DNA of 56,887 nucleotides, the filler included, from Basidioascus undulatus (lineage: Eukaryota): assembly GCA_000826855.1 (NCBI GenBank). It is 3 parts of 3 records of this genome, joined end to end, with 100 filler letters (N's around TTAATTAATTAA, not from the genome) between each part and the next. Parts side by side here need not be neighbours in the genome. Positions count along the whole stretch, not along the records: positions 38,047 to 56,887 come from JTLS01000446.1; 2 more parts are not named here. The stretch is one strand, 5' to 3'. Positions 39,290 to 51,836 of the stretch are shown one piece after another. The number at the start of each line of letters is the position of its first letter. Position 1 is the first letter of the stretch. Both the position numbers and the translations under genes were made by a program. The notes under the pieces are model-generated. The model was not told where the DNA came from and searched no databases. It saw only the letters and a list, made by a program, of their open reading frames with translations.

Positions 39290-42200
39290 ACACGCGGACG
39301 CATGGAGGCGCCGGATTCATCCCGCCCCGCTCGCTGTTGCGCCTTTCATTGCGACCTCTCGACCCAATCTCAATTTATCAACCTGAGCATGCGCCGGATT
39401 GCACGAAGTCCCAGCAGGATTCCGACAATCGTACACTGCCACCGATGCCCGTGCACGCCGCCTGCCTTCGCCTCCTGCGTCTGCGCCGAGCACGACACCC
39501 TATCAGACCTCTGGCAGACGCTGAAAGACATATCCCCCATCTGGGCGGTGCTCGGGAACGTCTGTAATGGTGTATCTCGGGGTGCGGTTGTAGCAGGTGC
39601 GTCTTTCTGTGTCCACTTCTCGTCTCGCGAAGGCCGCGTGCTGAAACGGTTTTGATTGGGCGGAGGACAGGTCAGGGGCGAGATGGAAGCGGACCGGGTC
39701 GCACACGTCCGCTGGACGGAGGCTTTACGCCGCGAGAGAGAGGAGCAGTGCCAGGGGAGAATCAAGGCGGAGGAGCAGCTGCGTAGGATTCAGGAAGAGA
39801 CGCTGGTACAAGAGACAGCTCCGCGATGCGGCGAGTCCTTGCTTGAACCCTTGTCGCGCTGGTATCGCATCTGAGCGCTATTGAATATTCACAGCGCGGG
39901 CAGGATCAAAGGAGGGACGAATTAACCGGACGCTACTGCAGGGAGCGGGGATGAAGGAGGAGGAGAGGCAGGTGGACAGCAAGCGTAGGGCAGGGCTGGC
40001 GGAGGCCGGCCAGATTGGGGAGTTTTCTGGCGTGTTGATCAATGTTGATGATCCCTCAACTTGTAATATGTTGTTTTTGTTTCGACTTGTACTAAGCCAC
40101 CCCACCGATCGAGGCTCGAGCCCGGGGCGTGGCTGCCGGCGCTAGCCACAATTCGGAATTTGCAAAAACGAAATGCATGGACCCTGCCCTACGAAAGAAC
40201 TGTGCCGGCATCCCGCAATAGCATTTGTTTAACAAGGAAGGGATGAAGGGTAAAGAAGTGTCCCCTCTCTTGTCGATGGCGAAGAGAAAAGGATGGAGGA
40301 AACGCAATCTTGTTATGCGGCTGCGCAAGGCTGCCCTGTTAGTTCCAACGTTATCCGCCTACGAGTCCCCGGCTACTGCGTTCCTGGAGAACTCACCTTT
40401 TCGGGCGGTGTAGATTACGCAGTCAGTCCACACCTATCGGCAAGCAACCTGGACGTCTGCGCAGCGTGCGTGCCGGATTCACAGTCCCGGCCCCTCCTTT
40501 CCACTCGTTTCACCCTCTCAACTTTCAACCGCAACCAATCTCTCACCGTATTCCTGGAAATCACAACATGCCCATTCCCACAACCATCAGGAGAGTTATC
40601 GTCCATTCCCATAGACACCCATGCACGGCCGCTCCCACACCGCCGCCCGCCGGCGCTCGATCGTATTCGTCTGCGTACGAGTACCACAGCCGATCGGATC
40701 TCAAGCTGAAACATGTACCGGCGACGACCGCGGTACTGGCAATTGTTTGCGCTGCGTTTCTGGGGACTCGTACGTACCTGGTAATGCTTGCTGTGGCTCA
40801 TTCTTGCTAAAGCCCCGGGGTGCTGTGCTGTAGAGGACTGACGAGGCCGACAACTGCAGATCAAGACCAACACGTAAGCTATGCACCTTGACTTCGCCTG
40901 CCGAGGAGGAAGACGCCCGCGAGTGGGAGAAGCTGTGCCAGGAGAGCTATAAGGCGGAGAGGGACCGGCGTGAGTTTGAGGAACAGATGCGGACATACCA
41001 GACGCGCGGGGTAGGCGACGCGGCAAGTTCTCCTTCCCTTATAGGAAAGGCGGGCGGGGCGGCACGCATAGGACGGGGCAGACGGAGGCCAGCCAGACTG
41101 AGGCGCTGTCTATGGTGTAAATGAACCCACACCTCAATGTTTCTTATACCCACCGTTCCCCGATAACCTCACCTATCCGAGCCCAGGAGCGTGGCTGTCG
41201 GCGCTACCCACAATTCGCGAGTCTCGAAAATGGAATGCATATGGCTAAAGGCTGCGAAGTTAGGATACGAGGCACGGCAAGAAAGCTCCCTTAACGCATC
41301 GGTTAGACAAGAAGGGACTATAGTTAGAGAAAGAGTTCCTCCCGTGTTGACTGCGAGGAGTGAAGCATGGGGGAAGCGCAGTCGCAGTCTCGTTCTGTAA
41401 CTGGACACTTCCCCATTTTAAGTTACAACCTTCGACATCCGCCTATAACTCCCCGCACCCACTGGCCAATGAGTTCTCGTAAATTCTTTTTTTCGGGCTG
41501 TATGCATTTGGCAGTCATTTCACACCTCAGACTCGGCGAGCAAGTGTGCGCACGCAAGCATGCCGTGCCGGGCTCATGCCGCGGGGCGCCTTTTAGCTCG
41601 TCTCGCCCTCTCGCCTCAACCACAACCACTCCTTTGACGTATTCTAGGACCCAAAACATGCACATTCCTAGAAGACTCAGCACCATCATCCTGTACTCTC
41701 ACAGGCGCCCGTGCACAGCTGCTCCCACATGCCGGCCTGCCGGCGCTCGCTCGCACTCCTCTGCGAATGAGTACGACGGCCGATCGCATCTCGAGAAGCT
41801 GAAAGCCCTCTCTCCGGTCTGGGCGGTGATCGGGAGCGTTCGGCTGGTGTATTCAGGGGTTCGTTGGTACCAGGTTCGTCGTTTCTTTGGCGCACCGGGG
41901 TCTTTTGCTCAAAAGATGGACAACAGACCAAGGCCCAGAAGGAATCTCAGCGCCTCGCATTCACCGGCGAGAAGTGGCACTCGCTCTCGAGAGCGAGGAG
42001 GAGCTGCGCCAGGTGAGGCTCAAGGCGGCGGAGCAGGTGCGCAAGATTTAGGAAGAGACACGGCTGTACGAGAGGTGGTTCGACGATGCGGCGAATCTTC
42101 CCTCCCTTCTTTTCCCCATCTAGCTCCATTACCTTTAGGTTAATACTCGACCCCCATGCCTTGAGCAGAAGGACTCCATGGACAAGGCGCATCGCGTCGC

Positions 42201-42490
42201 TGCGGAAGTATGCGTTCGGCCCGGCTGTTGGACTGCCCGATTCGTCTACGCTCCCTCCCGAAAGTAGCGAGCGAAAGAATCCTGCGGGTGCCTTGGGGCT
42301 TAATGGGCGCATGTAGTAGAAGCAAAAGGTGGAGGGTAGACGACAGAGGAGAGATGAGAGGAGAGAGGAGGGTCGGCAGCCGGCGTAGGACGGGGCAGGC
42401 AGAGGCCGGCGCCTGAAGAGCTTTCTGCTTTGTTGATTATCCCTCAATTTGATATAGAAATTTCAAGTCCCGACCATTCTTCAACCACCC
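39290..42490 (+). repeat. Three diverged tandem copies (period about 1.1 kb) of a small two-exon gene, all apparently disabled
   Basis: Shared blocks: GCCGG(A/G)(T/C)TCA near 39310/40472/41567; ATGs at 39389/40568/41658; HRxPCT motifs; GCGTGGCTG.CGGCGCTA.CCACAATTCG near 40127/41189; TGTTGAT.ATCCCTCAA near 40043/42431. Confidence 0.85.
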
Positions 42491-43017
42491 CAACCACACG
42501 CGCCCAAGAGCGTTGTTGCCAGCCAGACCTGAGGTGCAGGATTCACCCCCTAGTCAGCTTCTGTTGTCCCAACCATCCCCCTCCTTTACAGAAATTGTCG
42601 AACTCACAGCCAGAGGCGTCTGGGCCTTCTTGGGTACCGAGTGCGTCATGAGGTGGCGCACACTTTGTCAAGGCCGAAAAGGACTGACGAGGCGGTGGCA
42701 GTGCTGTTTTTCTGGGTGGGTTGCATCGCACTGCACACAAAAAACAACATGCTCCGCTCTACCTCCATGAGGTGTTTCTTGGTCTTTGAAGCTTGGGAAT
42801 ATACAAATTGCCGTATATACAGCCAGGCGGCGGCACTACTGTAGCCGCGTCGGTGTGTTGTGGTCGCGTGTCGGCGCCTCCGACTGTCACGCCCCCGGCC
42901 CTTGATCACCAACCACCATCAGCAGCCCCCGAGGGTCAGTCGGCTCCTCCTCTACCCGCATCTGAATCACAGACTACTCGCCTTACTCGCATGCCCAATA
43001 TTTTCCCGACCCTCGCC

Positions 43018-44160
43018 ATGCCTGGTTCATTAGTATCCTCCCAGTCGAGCTCCTCTCCTGTATCCTCCCGTTCGCCACCGCGGGCGCCTCAGCGGGAAAC
43101 AAGCTCCATTACCTGCTGGTCTGCAAGGATTGGACGGTACGAGTCCTCAGCCTTGTGGCCTTTGGGGGGGGGGGAGGCTGGATGCTGATGATCCCCCTCT
43201 AGCGTGTCGCGTTGCCGCTGCTCTACCACTTCATCGACCTGCACTCGACGGCTACGTGCGCGAACCTGGTTGAGTCGCTGAAATCGGAAGGCATCACGGG
43301 TCCTTCCGAAGATACGTTCGATCGATATCTCAATCGATGAGCCTGCAGGCTTTCCTGAGACTCTCTTCGCGACACTGGAGTTGATGCCGATGCTGCAACA
43401 CCTTGTTGTGAAGAGTCCAGAACCGGAACGAGCGATATTGATGGGGCTGTCAAGCACACCGCTACCTTCCCATTCCGAGACTCGTGACCCGTCTTTCTGG
43501 AGTGTGCTTCGCTGAGGCCCTGTTTGTGGTTGCACCGTTCTTGAATTTCGCCGCTTGACCTGCCTCGAAATAGCGCTCAGAGGAGGGCTGCCCGCAGCCG
43601 ACCTTCCCCTGCTCTCTTTACCATGCCTACGGCACTTTAGTGGGTTACCACGAGCGATCAGGCTTGGGCCGTTTCTCGCGAGCTGCTGCGACACGCCACA
43701 CTTCCGTCTTTGACTGTACTCGATCTGTCGACGGTTTCAAATGACCTACCTGCGACGGGGGTCGTGGAACATCTTGGGGCAAACATCCATCGCCTCACGC
43801 TTTTGTATACCTACCAAAGATGGGTCACCGTCGAAGCTTTGGCTGCTCGCCCCTTTCTGGAAGTTCTTGAGCTCAAACACCATCGCATGCGCCCCGACGG
43901 CCTTCTTTTCAACTTGGCGCATCCTCGGCTTGCCAAGCTGTACCTAAGCGTTCCGACAGTGGGACCTAATTACCTCTCTTGATCTCTACAGTTTTTTCCA
44001 GCACATCGCTCGCGCGCGGCTCCCGCAACTGGCAATGATTGAACTGGAGGTCATGGACCTGCAGGAGACCCCACTGTCGACCGGCCTCTCTGCACTTTGG
44101 TACAAGCGCGTTGAGGAGGTCCTTGAGTCCAACGGTATCCAGCTTTTTTTGTTCGCGTAG
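43018..44160 (+). pseudogene. F-box/LRR-type protein relic
   Basis: ILPVELLSCILPFA..YLLVCKDWT|intron|RVALPLLYHFIDL is out of frame with the ATG; the downstream LRR-like sequence has several stops and shifts. Confidence 0.72.
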
Positions 44161-44199
44161 ACTCAGGAGAGGCAGTCATTGCAATCGATAAGCGCTGTC

Positions 44200-45005
44200 G
44201 GTCTCAATGAACTCATTTTTCGGTCGGCAAGCGTGGCGACGCCCTGACTTACTGCCAACATTCCACGGAGGGTATTTTAGGTTCTGAGTCTACCCACAGA
44301 GGGAACTCGCCTCCTGATGGATCGCCAGGGTAAAGGAGGTCGTTGCGGGGAAGCGTACAAAACTCCAGGCACGACCGTAGATTTCCTCTTGGGATAGCGT
44401 GCTTGCGTGCCTTGCCTATCCAGAAGTGCATGGTTACCAGGAGTTCAAATGTCTTGGAACCTCTGATGGCTGCGGTGGAGAAAATAGTGGCCTAGAGGGT
44501 AAACACTTCATGTTGTGAAATGCGAGACGGCAGTGTACTTTCGGAAGACGGCAGCTGCGCCAGGACAACCACTAGTAGACACCGTTACACTTAAACCCAG
44601 CTTATAAAGAGTCCCTCCATCACCATCCCACAGAACGTATCGGACTGCGTATTTCCGCCCACTCGATGCCGGCAACAAGCTGTGCGGTGCGGCGACCCGG
44701 GCGCTACACAGCGCTGCAGCGTCTGAATGTTGTTGAACGTCAACGGGTAGTCCAAGTCTGGATGAGCGGGGTGAGACTTGATGGTATTCTTTGGTGGTAT
44801 GTTAAATCCGGGTTGGAGGAAGCTGAGATGTTCTGTTGAAAGATTCAGGACGACCCCACAAGCCATAGGTCGTGCAACCGTCAGAAGGCCTGAGCCGGCA
44901 GACAGAGAGGAGCTTTGGGATCGTATTTCTGCGCTCAAAAGGCTACTCGAGGTTCTGAAACTTTTAAATAAAAAGTTCCAGGAAAAAGAATGAGGTAACC
45001 ATGTG
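44200..45005 (-). pseudogene. Possible further F-box relic, highly decayed
   Basis: Fragmentary FLELFI*KFQNL..RNTIPKLLSVCR resembles an F-box N-terminus; the rest is not readable. Confidence 0.3.
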
Positions 45006-46337
45006 GACGAGCTGTACAGTATTGCACCGCGGGTTCGAGTCGTCAAGGATTTATGAGGAGCCCCAAGCAAGTAGCATACGCTACACAGAAAGCGGGGAAA
45101 GCTTGATAAACACAGAATTCAGGTTATCTTGGATGAGATAGGGTCAATGTTGAGATGTTATGAGAGAGGCCACTCTGCCACCACTAAGTTTGCGCAAAAA
45201 TGAAAGGTCCGCAACCCCCCCTTGTCGAGTGGGAAGTATTACTTGAAGCTTATACTAGCTTAAGCAGCTGCATGAAGTCGCCATACAGGGAAACAAACCA
45301 GGTTTGTGCAGGCCGGAGACGATCCGCGGCCTTACAAACGATGAGCAGTATGGTCCTCAACCGCCATCATCTAGACTGTCTACCTGCCGCACTCAAATGG
45401 AAAGGCTACTGTAGTTTGAACTTCTCTGCTATGCGGATAGATCGCTTTTCGCGAACGTCCGGGCCAAACACGCACAGTCTACCTGCCTTCTTCTTCGAGC
45501 GAGCGTCGGTTGTCTTCGACATTCGACTTCCTGATCCGCGAGGTGGCATCCTGTAGTAACCACATATTCCCTCGTGGAAAAGGCCTGCTAGCCCGCCGGC
45601 ACGCGGGGGGTCGTTTCCTGCCTTCTTTCGAGAGAGATGATCACTCTGCTACCCGGCGACCCCAGCGACGTCTTGCCGTGCCTCCAGTGCTGCTACGGAA
45701 GTTATAACGGTCATCTACAGGAGCATTCGACTTAATTCGCCGTCCCTGATGCCCGAACGAGCAGAAGAGTGTGCAAAGGGGTGAGGATCAGACCCATCCC
45801 CCACGATTCCCCAGACGTGACAGCGTGGCCGAATGATCCGACCATGATTTGCGAGTGACAGTCCCTTTCGGTGAAAGCGGTTTCACTGTCGGTGCCGATG
45901 GATTTCCGACACCCTAACAAACTTTCATGGGATTGTCATGGTATGACGGTGCAGGATATATGATTTCATTAGGCCTTGTGGTGCGGAAAAGAGCGCACAA
46001 CATGGATATGGAAACACGTAAGCCGTTGGAGTCGGGGCGAAGGCGGCGAGCGTTGATCAGGGAAAATGCGGGGAAATGAGATCACTCGCGGCGGAGCGCG
46101 ATTGGCGCAGCGTCTTTTCGCTGGCACGCCTGCTCTCCCTCTTAATCTCTGTCCACCACATCCTCGCCTCTGCATCCGCACTACTAGACTCCCACCACAC
46201 TTTTCAACTTGTAAGCGGCCTATTTTTCACACTCTACACACGCAGCACTGCACCACAAAGAACAACGAAAAACGCATTATCGAGAATCGCCGCCAACCGA
46301 CGTCTTCCTTCCCCCCTTGCAGATCACATCTTCCAAA

Positions 46338-48106
46338 ATGTCCGGCGCCCTCTCTGTCGTCCCCGTACGTTCTTTGCCACATTGGGAGTGATGGGAATAG
46401 CGATGCTGAGACACTCGGCGGGTAGACTGGTGTCCTCACTGGTGAGAACGCCTTCAAGCTCTTCGACTGGGCTCGCAAGGAGCACGTACGTGCTTTCGTC
46501 TTCTTCCGTTGCGGGAGACCAACACCTGACGCCCTTTGCCCTTCAGTTTGCCATCCCCGTGCGCATGACTACAATGCAGGACTTTGATGTGTGGCTGACG
46601 TGGCGCTCTCAATCTTGCTCTGACCCCCTCAGGCCGTCGTACGTCTTCTCCTTCCGCTCCTCGCATCTCCTAGCGCCCACAACTGATCGCTCTTGGTCCC
46701 CAGAACTGCACTTCCTCCTCGGTCGTGAACTCCGTCCTCGAGGCTGCTCGGTTCGTCCCCTTTGTTTCCCCCTCTGTGTCCCCGTCCCGCCGGGTCGGCC
46801 CGATCTCCCGGCTGACGTGCCTCCGACTACTCCCGTTGAACCCGACAGTGAGGCCAAGTCCCCGATCATCATCCAGGTCTCCCAGGGCGGTGCCGCCTTC
46901 TACGCCGGCAAGGGCCTCGCCAATGACAAGCAGCAGGCGTCCATCGCCGGCTCCGTCGCGCTCGCCCTCCACGTCCGCGCTGTCGCCAAGTCCTATGGCG
47001 TGTACGTGCGGTTTGATATGCTGGGGTGTGAGAACAACGAGAGGCTGACGTGGTATGCCCCCGACAGCCCTGTCATCATCCACTCTGACCACTGCGCCAA
47101 GAAGCTCCTCCCCTGGTTCGATGGCATGCTCGAGGCAGACGAGGCCTACTTCAAGGAGCACGGCGGTAAGTATCCGTGCCGCCCTCGTGCTTGAGACCCG
47201 GCGCTGATCCCCCGCATTCTGCTTCTCCAGAGCCCCTCTTCTCCTCCCACATGCTCGACCTCTCCGAGGAGAGCGACGAGGAGAACATCGAGACCTGCAA
47301 GAAGTACTTCGAGCGCATGGCCAAGATGGGCCAGTGGCTCGAGATGGAGATCGGCATCACTGGCGGCGAGGAGGACGGTGTCGACAACACCGGCGCGGAC
47401 AACGCCTCGCTCTACACCCAGCCCCAGCAAGTCTACGCCGTTCACCAGGCGCTGCACCCCATCTCGCCCAACTTCTCCATCGCCGCCGCGTTCGGCAATG
47501 TCCACGGTGTCTACAAGCCCGGCAACGTCAAGCTTCGCCCTGAGCTCCTCGCCGAGCACCAGAAGTACGCTTCTGAGCACGACAAGACCGGCCACCCCCA
47601 GCCGCTGTGCGTCCCCACACCCCCGCTTCCCCGCACGTCTGTCCGCGCAGTGCTTACCTTGCACTCTTTGCAGCTTCCTCGTGTTCCACGGTGGCTCTGG
47701 CTCCTCCAAAGAGGAGATCACCACCGCCGTCAAGAACGGTGTGATCAAGATGAACGTCGACACCGACACTCAGTGGGCCTACCTCACCGGGTAAGCTACA
47801 TTTCAAGTCGCCCTCACGCCGCAGCAATGTTGGCTGACAAACGCGCGCACTCCCAAAGTGTCCGTGACTTCATCCAGAAGAACCACGACCGCCTGCAGAC
47901 CCAGGTCGGCACCCCATCCGACCCCGACGCGCCCAACAAGAAGTTCTACGACCCCCGTGTCTGGGTCCGCGAGGGCGAGAAGACCCTCGTCCAGCGCACC
48001 ATCGAGGCCTGCAACGACCTCCTGTCGGCGTACGGTTCGCTCTCTCATCCCTCCGTCAGTTCGAAGTGCTGACGTCCCACGCACGTCCTGCAGCAACAAG
48101 CTCTAA
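46338..48106 (+). CDS. FBA1: Fructose-bisphosphate aldolase, class II
   Basis: GVLTG..FAIPAVNCTSSS..SPIIIQVSQGGAAFYAGKG, IHSDHCAKKLLPWFDG, PLFSSHMLDLSEE, LEMEIGITGGEEDGVDN, FGNVHGVY, VFHGGSGS, KMNVDTD, PNKKFYDPRVWVR; strong C/G-ending codon bias. Confidence 0.98.
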
Positions 48107-48997
48107 TCGGCTATATCCTTGCTTCGTGACGCGATACTTTGTACTAAATAGTGGTTGATTTTAAACTGGAACTTGATTTTAAACCAGAACAATTGAACTC
48201 GTGCAAACAATGGTGCTTCGGTTGTGTTGAGTGCTTTGACTACTGTGGGAGACGGTGGGTGATACTTGGCGGTCGGCGGCAGATGATGCAGGGGAGCTCC
48301 TGGGCCTCTTGGATACTACTCCCTCACGCCAGATCACGCCCAACGTTCACTGAACCTTCTCCAGGCCACTTTGTGCACGCATGTATGTGGTATGTGACTC
48401 GAGTCTACCAAAGACGGGGGAGGAGCACTGGAGAACCCACGGCGGGCGTGAGCCTCACGCCCGTGTGAGGCGGCTCCAAGTCCGAATGACATGTATCGCA
48501 AAGAACAAGGATAGGGGAAAGGAACTGAAAGGAATGTAATGAAACGAACGATGTGGAACTATTTCAATGAGGAGCACGTCAGTACTTGAATCAGGTCATG
48601 GGAAAACGCACAGAGGTCGTTTAGGTCATCAACCCTCAATCCCACCGCCAGGCGTTTCTGCCGAGAATGTGGCTTGCCTGGGGCAGCCCATTTAACTGTT
48701 TCATCTCGACTCGCCTTTAAAAGCTCCTGCAACATGCATGCATTTGATATACCCATACGCATACAAGTATCTGCCCGTCACCCTGCAGCTGGGGCGCAGG
48801 GCGGGCGTGAGGAGGCTCGAACATGACAACGGTGGAGGGAGGGCGAATACCTAGTTAGCTCTAGAGCTCAACTACTACCTCTGTTCAACCATTCAATGGC
48901 AATGAAAAGGAGGAACAGTTACTGTGAGGCCGGCGGTGAATGAGGAGTAAGGAAATCATCCGTCTGAAAGGTTCGTCAGAAGTAAGAGATGTCGTAT

Positions 48998-49070
48998 GGT
49001 TCTTTAGCTCATCTGGGAGAGCGTCAGATTGAAGTCCTGAAGGTACCGTGTTCAATCCACGGAAGAACCA
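48998..49070 (+). tRNA. tRNA-Phe(GAA), intronless, imperfect anticodon stem
   Basis: Acceptor GGTTCTT/AAGAACC, D-arm GCTC/GAGC, anticodon arm TCAGA-TTGAAGT-CCTGA, T-arm CCGTG-TTCAATC-CACGG, followed by a TTTTT Pol III terminator. Confidence 0.88.
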
Positions 49071-49285
49071 CTTTTTGGGTAGTGCCCCTATTTTTGCGAT
49101 CGCACTCTTTCTTTCTCTCCCTGGACAGCTTTCCTTTCCCTTGGTCATTTTTGCTTCTTCTTTTGAGTCCGTGAGTCGTATCTGACGTCCGATCCTGGCC
49201 CGCACGCATTGACTATGCAAACGTTTGGGTCGCCAACACACTTTTTTCTGAACTCAGTCAATACGTAAAGCACGGCATCATACGA

Positions 49286-51836
49286 CTAATTGATGTCTAT
49301 GATCGGCGATCCGGTACCCCTCTCATCGCTGGACACACTTGAAGCGAGTGATGGCAGAGCCGTCTGACAACTGGCGGCGGACCGGTTCCAAGCGGTATCC
49401 AAGGATGCGGGGAAGGATAACGAAGCGCAGAAGGTAGTACCTGAACCACCCGGGTGCGTGATGGTCAGCATCGAAAAGGTACTCAGAGACATTGCTGGCT
49501 CAGTACTCACGGGATACCCAGAGCGATGATCGCCACGGCTACCACACTCGAAAGCCAGTAGGGGAGGTAGCTCGAGTACGTTTTGGGAGGGATGAACGGC
49601 GCGATGAGGAGGAAGAGAGAGCCGAGAATGAAGAAGAGCGGGACGACGAGCGGTGCCCTGAACGGCGGCGTCCAGTCTTTTTCGATGTACCGCAGCTTGA
49701 GCATCCCTATGGTGCACAGGAACATGATGAGGGTTGTCGGGTAGCTGGACAGAGAGATGATGAAGCTCACTGTGTAAGGGGCAGCCATCACGAAGTCAGT
49801 AGGTGGGCAGTGTGGAACCTGAATTAATAAGGCCTACAGGCTTCGCCCGCCGGAGATGCGCAGACGAAGAGGATGGTGATAGCCCAGTCTGATCATGGCC
49901 ATCAAGTCAGTAGGTAGGCAGGCCTTGGCACCCGGCAAATCTTACGAAGGATAAGTGCGCCGATAAGAGTACCGAACCTGGAGGTAATGCGGATTGGCTT
50001 CTGCCTGGTGCGTCGACGGCGGCGGTCGGGACTCACGGCCTGTTAGACATGAGGAAGTTGTTGAAGATCAAGACGTCCTCTTTGGCTAGCCCTGGATGAC
50101 CACAGGGATAGTTTGGCGATTCCTATGAGATGTCCGAGGGCGGAGAGCGCAACGAGCGCAGGAAGGGCGGCCGTTCCCGCACGATGCCCGAAGACCTACG
50201 ATGACGCTCAGATTGCGTTAGTTTAACCATAGGAGTATTTGAAGAGTGCAAGACATGTACATTCGTGAAAAGTGAACCAGCGACCGTGACGCTCGATTGC
50301 GTGGATTGTTCCTTGGTCACCCCACCGAAGTACGCAATGTTCGCAAGAACGTACATCATAGTGAGGAGGGACATGGAGGATGGAATGGCGATCTTGAGAG
50401 TGCGAACTGGATCCTTCACTTCGGAGAGAATCTGGCAGGGGCAGAGGGTCAGCGTGAAAAACAGTGCTTCGGACTTTGTGACTGCAAACACACAGCGTTC
50501 GCGTTATCGTAACTGTAAAGGCGAAAAACGCGTTGATTAGAACTGTTGCTTTGTGATGGGATTATAGCTTATTGCTAAACTTAACCCCCGAAAGAGAAGA
50601 TGGCGTTGAGCAGAGCAGTTGCGATGCTGTAACATTTGCTTCGAGTGCCCTCAAAGGCGTTGCGGAAGTTGTGAGGTTGGTCGATTTTGAGGTGTCCACC
50701 GAGAGCAGCGAAGCCTGGAGGCAAAGAACGTCAGTGGAATTCCCGTCCTCAGTAATTCGGCAATACGTACCTGTGAAGATGACGAAGAAAAGCATGAAGA
50801 CCTTGACCGCGCCGAGGTGGTTGTTCAAGCGCATCGTCCAGCGCGGCAGGACGGCGAACAAGAGGATTTCGAAAGTTATCCCGCCGATGGCGAGGCTGCG
50901 AAGCTTCCAAGTCGTGCTCTCCACCCCAGCCTTGCAAGAAAGGTATCGTCAGTGTGCAGTACGAGCTACCTCATCACTGAAAGGGGAGGCTCACCGCGAG
51001 AAGAATGTACGAACTGAAGGTGACCGCGTTAGAGGCAGAGACTTGCAGGAATACGCAGTCTGTGAAACGGAAGAGTTTAACGCATGGTGTGTATCCGGGA
51101 AATGACGACAATGGACCTACAGATGATATAGATGCAAGTAGCAACGAGACGAGGCCTGTACGCGCGTTCGAGGTAGTTTTTCAAGCCACCAGAGTGCGAT
51201 ATCCCCTTTGGAAAGCTGGGCCAGACCAAAGGATACAGGCATAGTAGATCCAGCTTAGACTCACGGTTCCCAATTCAAGCATGACCAACGATCCGGCGCT
51301 CGCTATGAGGGCGCCCATCACCCATATAATGAGGCTCATACCCACACTGCCGCTCTATCGGTAGATGCTGGGAATCCCGTGCCAGGTGAGAGAGCGAACG
51401 TTGGACTCGGAGGAGAAATCGACCCACTTTCCGGCGGCTGTCGTCGCGCGTCACGGTTGTGAGTAGCTAGCTGATCTGAAAAGATGCCTCTAGAATGAAG
51501 TCCTACTCGAGAAGATCCCTGCGCCTACCTTAAATCCACAAAAAAATGTTATTGAATCCTCCAGGGCAACTCGGGAAATCCTCACTAACAATCTTGTTGA
51601 GGATGAGGAAGATGGAACTGCACACTCCGAGAGTCCGTTCGGGCAGGACATGCTCCGAAGATGTGTCCACGCCACCCAGCGACTGCAGATTGACTGCTGG
51701 GGCTTCCACTGAAAAAAATGCCGAATTTGAGCTAAGGTCAACCAAAACGATTCGGAAGACACGCACCATCCTTATAGTCGCTAGCCGACTTGGAGGAAGA
51801 CGTCCGCTGCAGAGTCTCGCTTGGATGGGTCGCCAT
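49286..51836 (-). pseudogene. APC/LAT-family amino-acid permease (Mup1 methionine-permease-like), disabled
   Basis: LGVCSSIFLILNKIVGAGIFST..IYR*SGSVGMSLIIW (TAG at 51355-51357); frameshift at SGGLK/NYLERAY (about 51180); frameshifts in LGHLIGIA..QELAKE (about 50085-50115); intact motifs LSEVKDPVRTLK, YVLANIAYF, PPFRAP, LLIAPFIPP. Confidence 0.85.
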
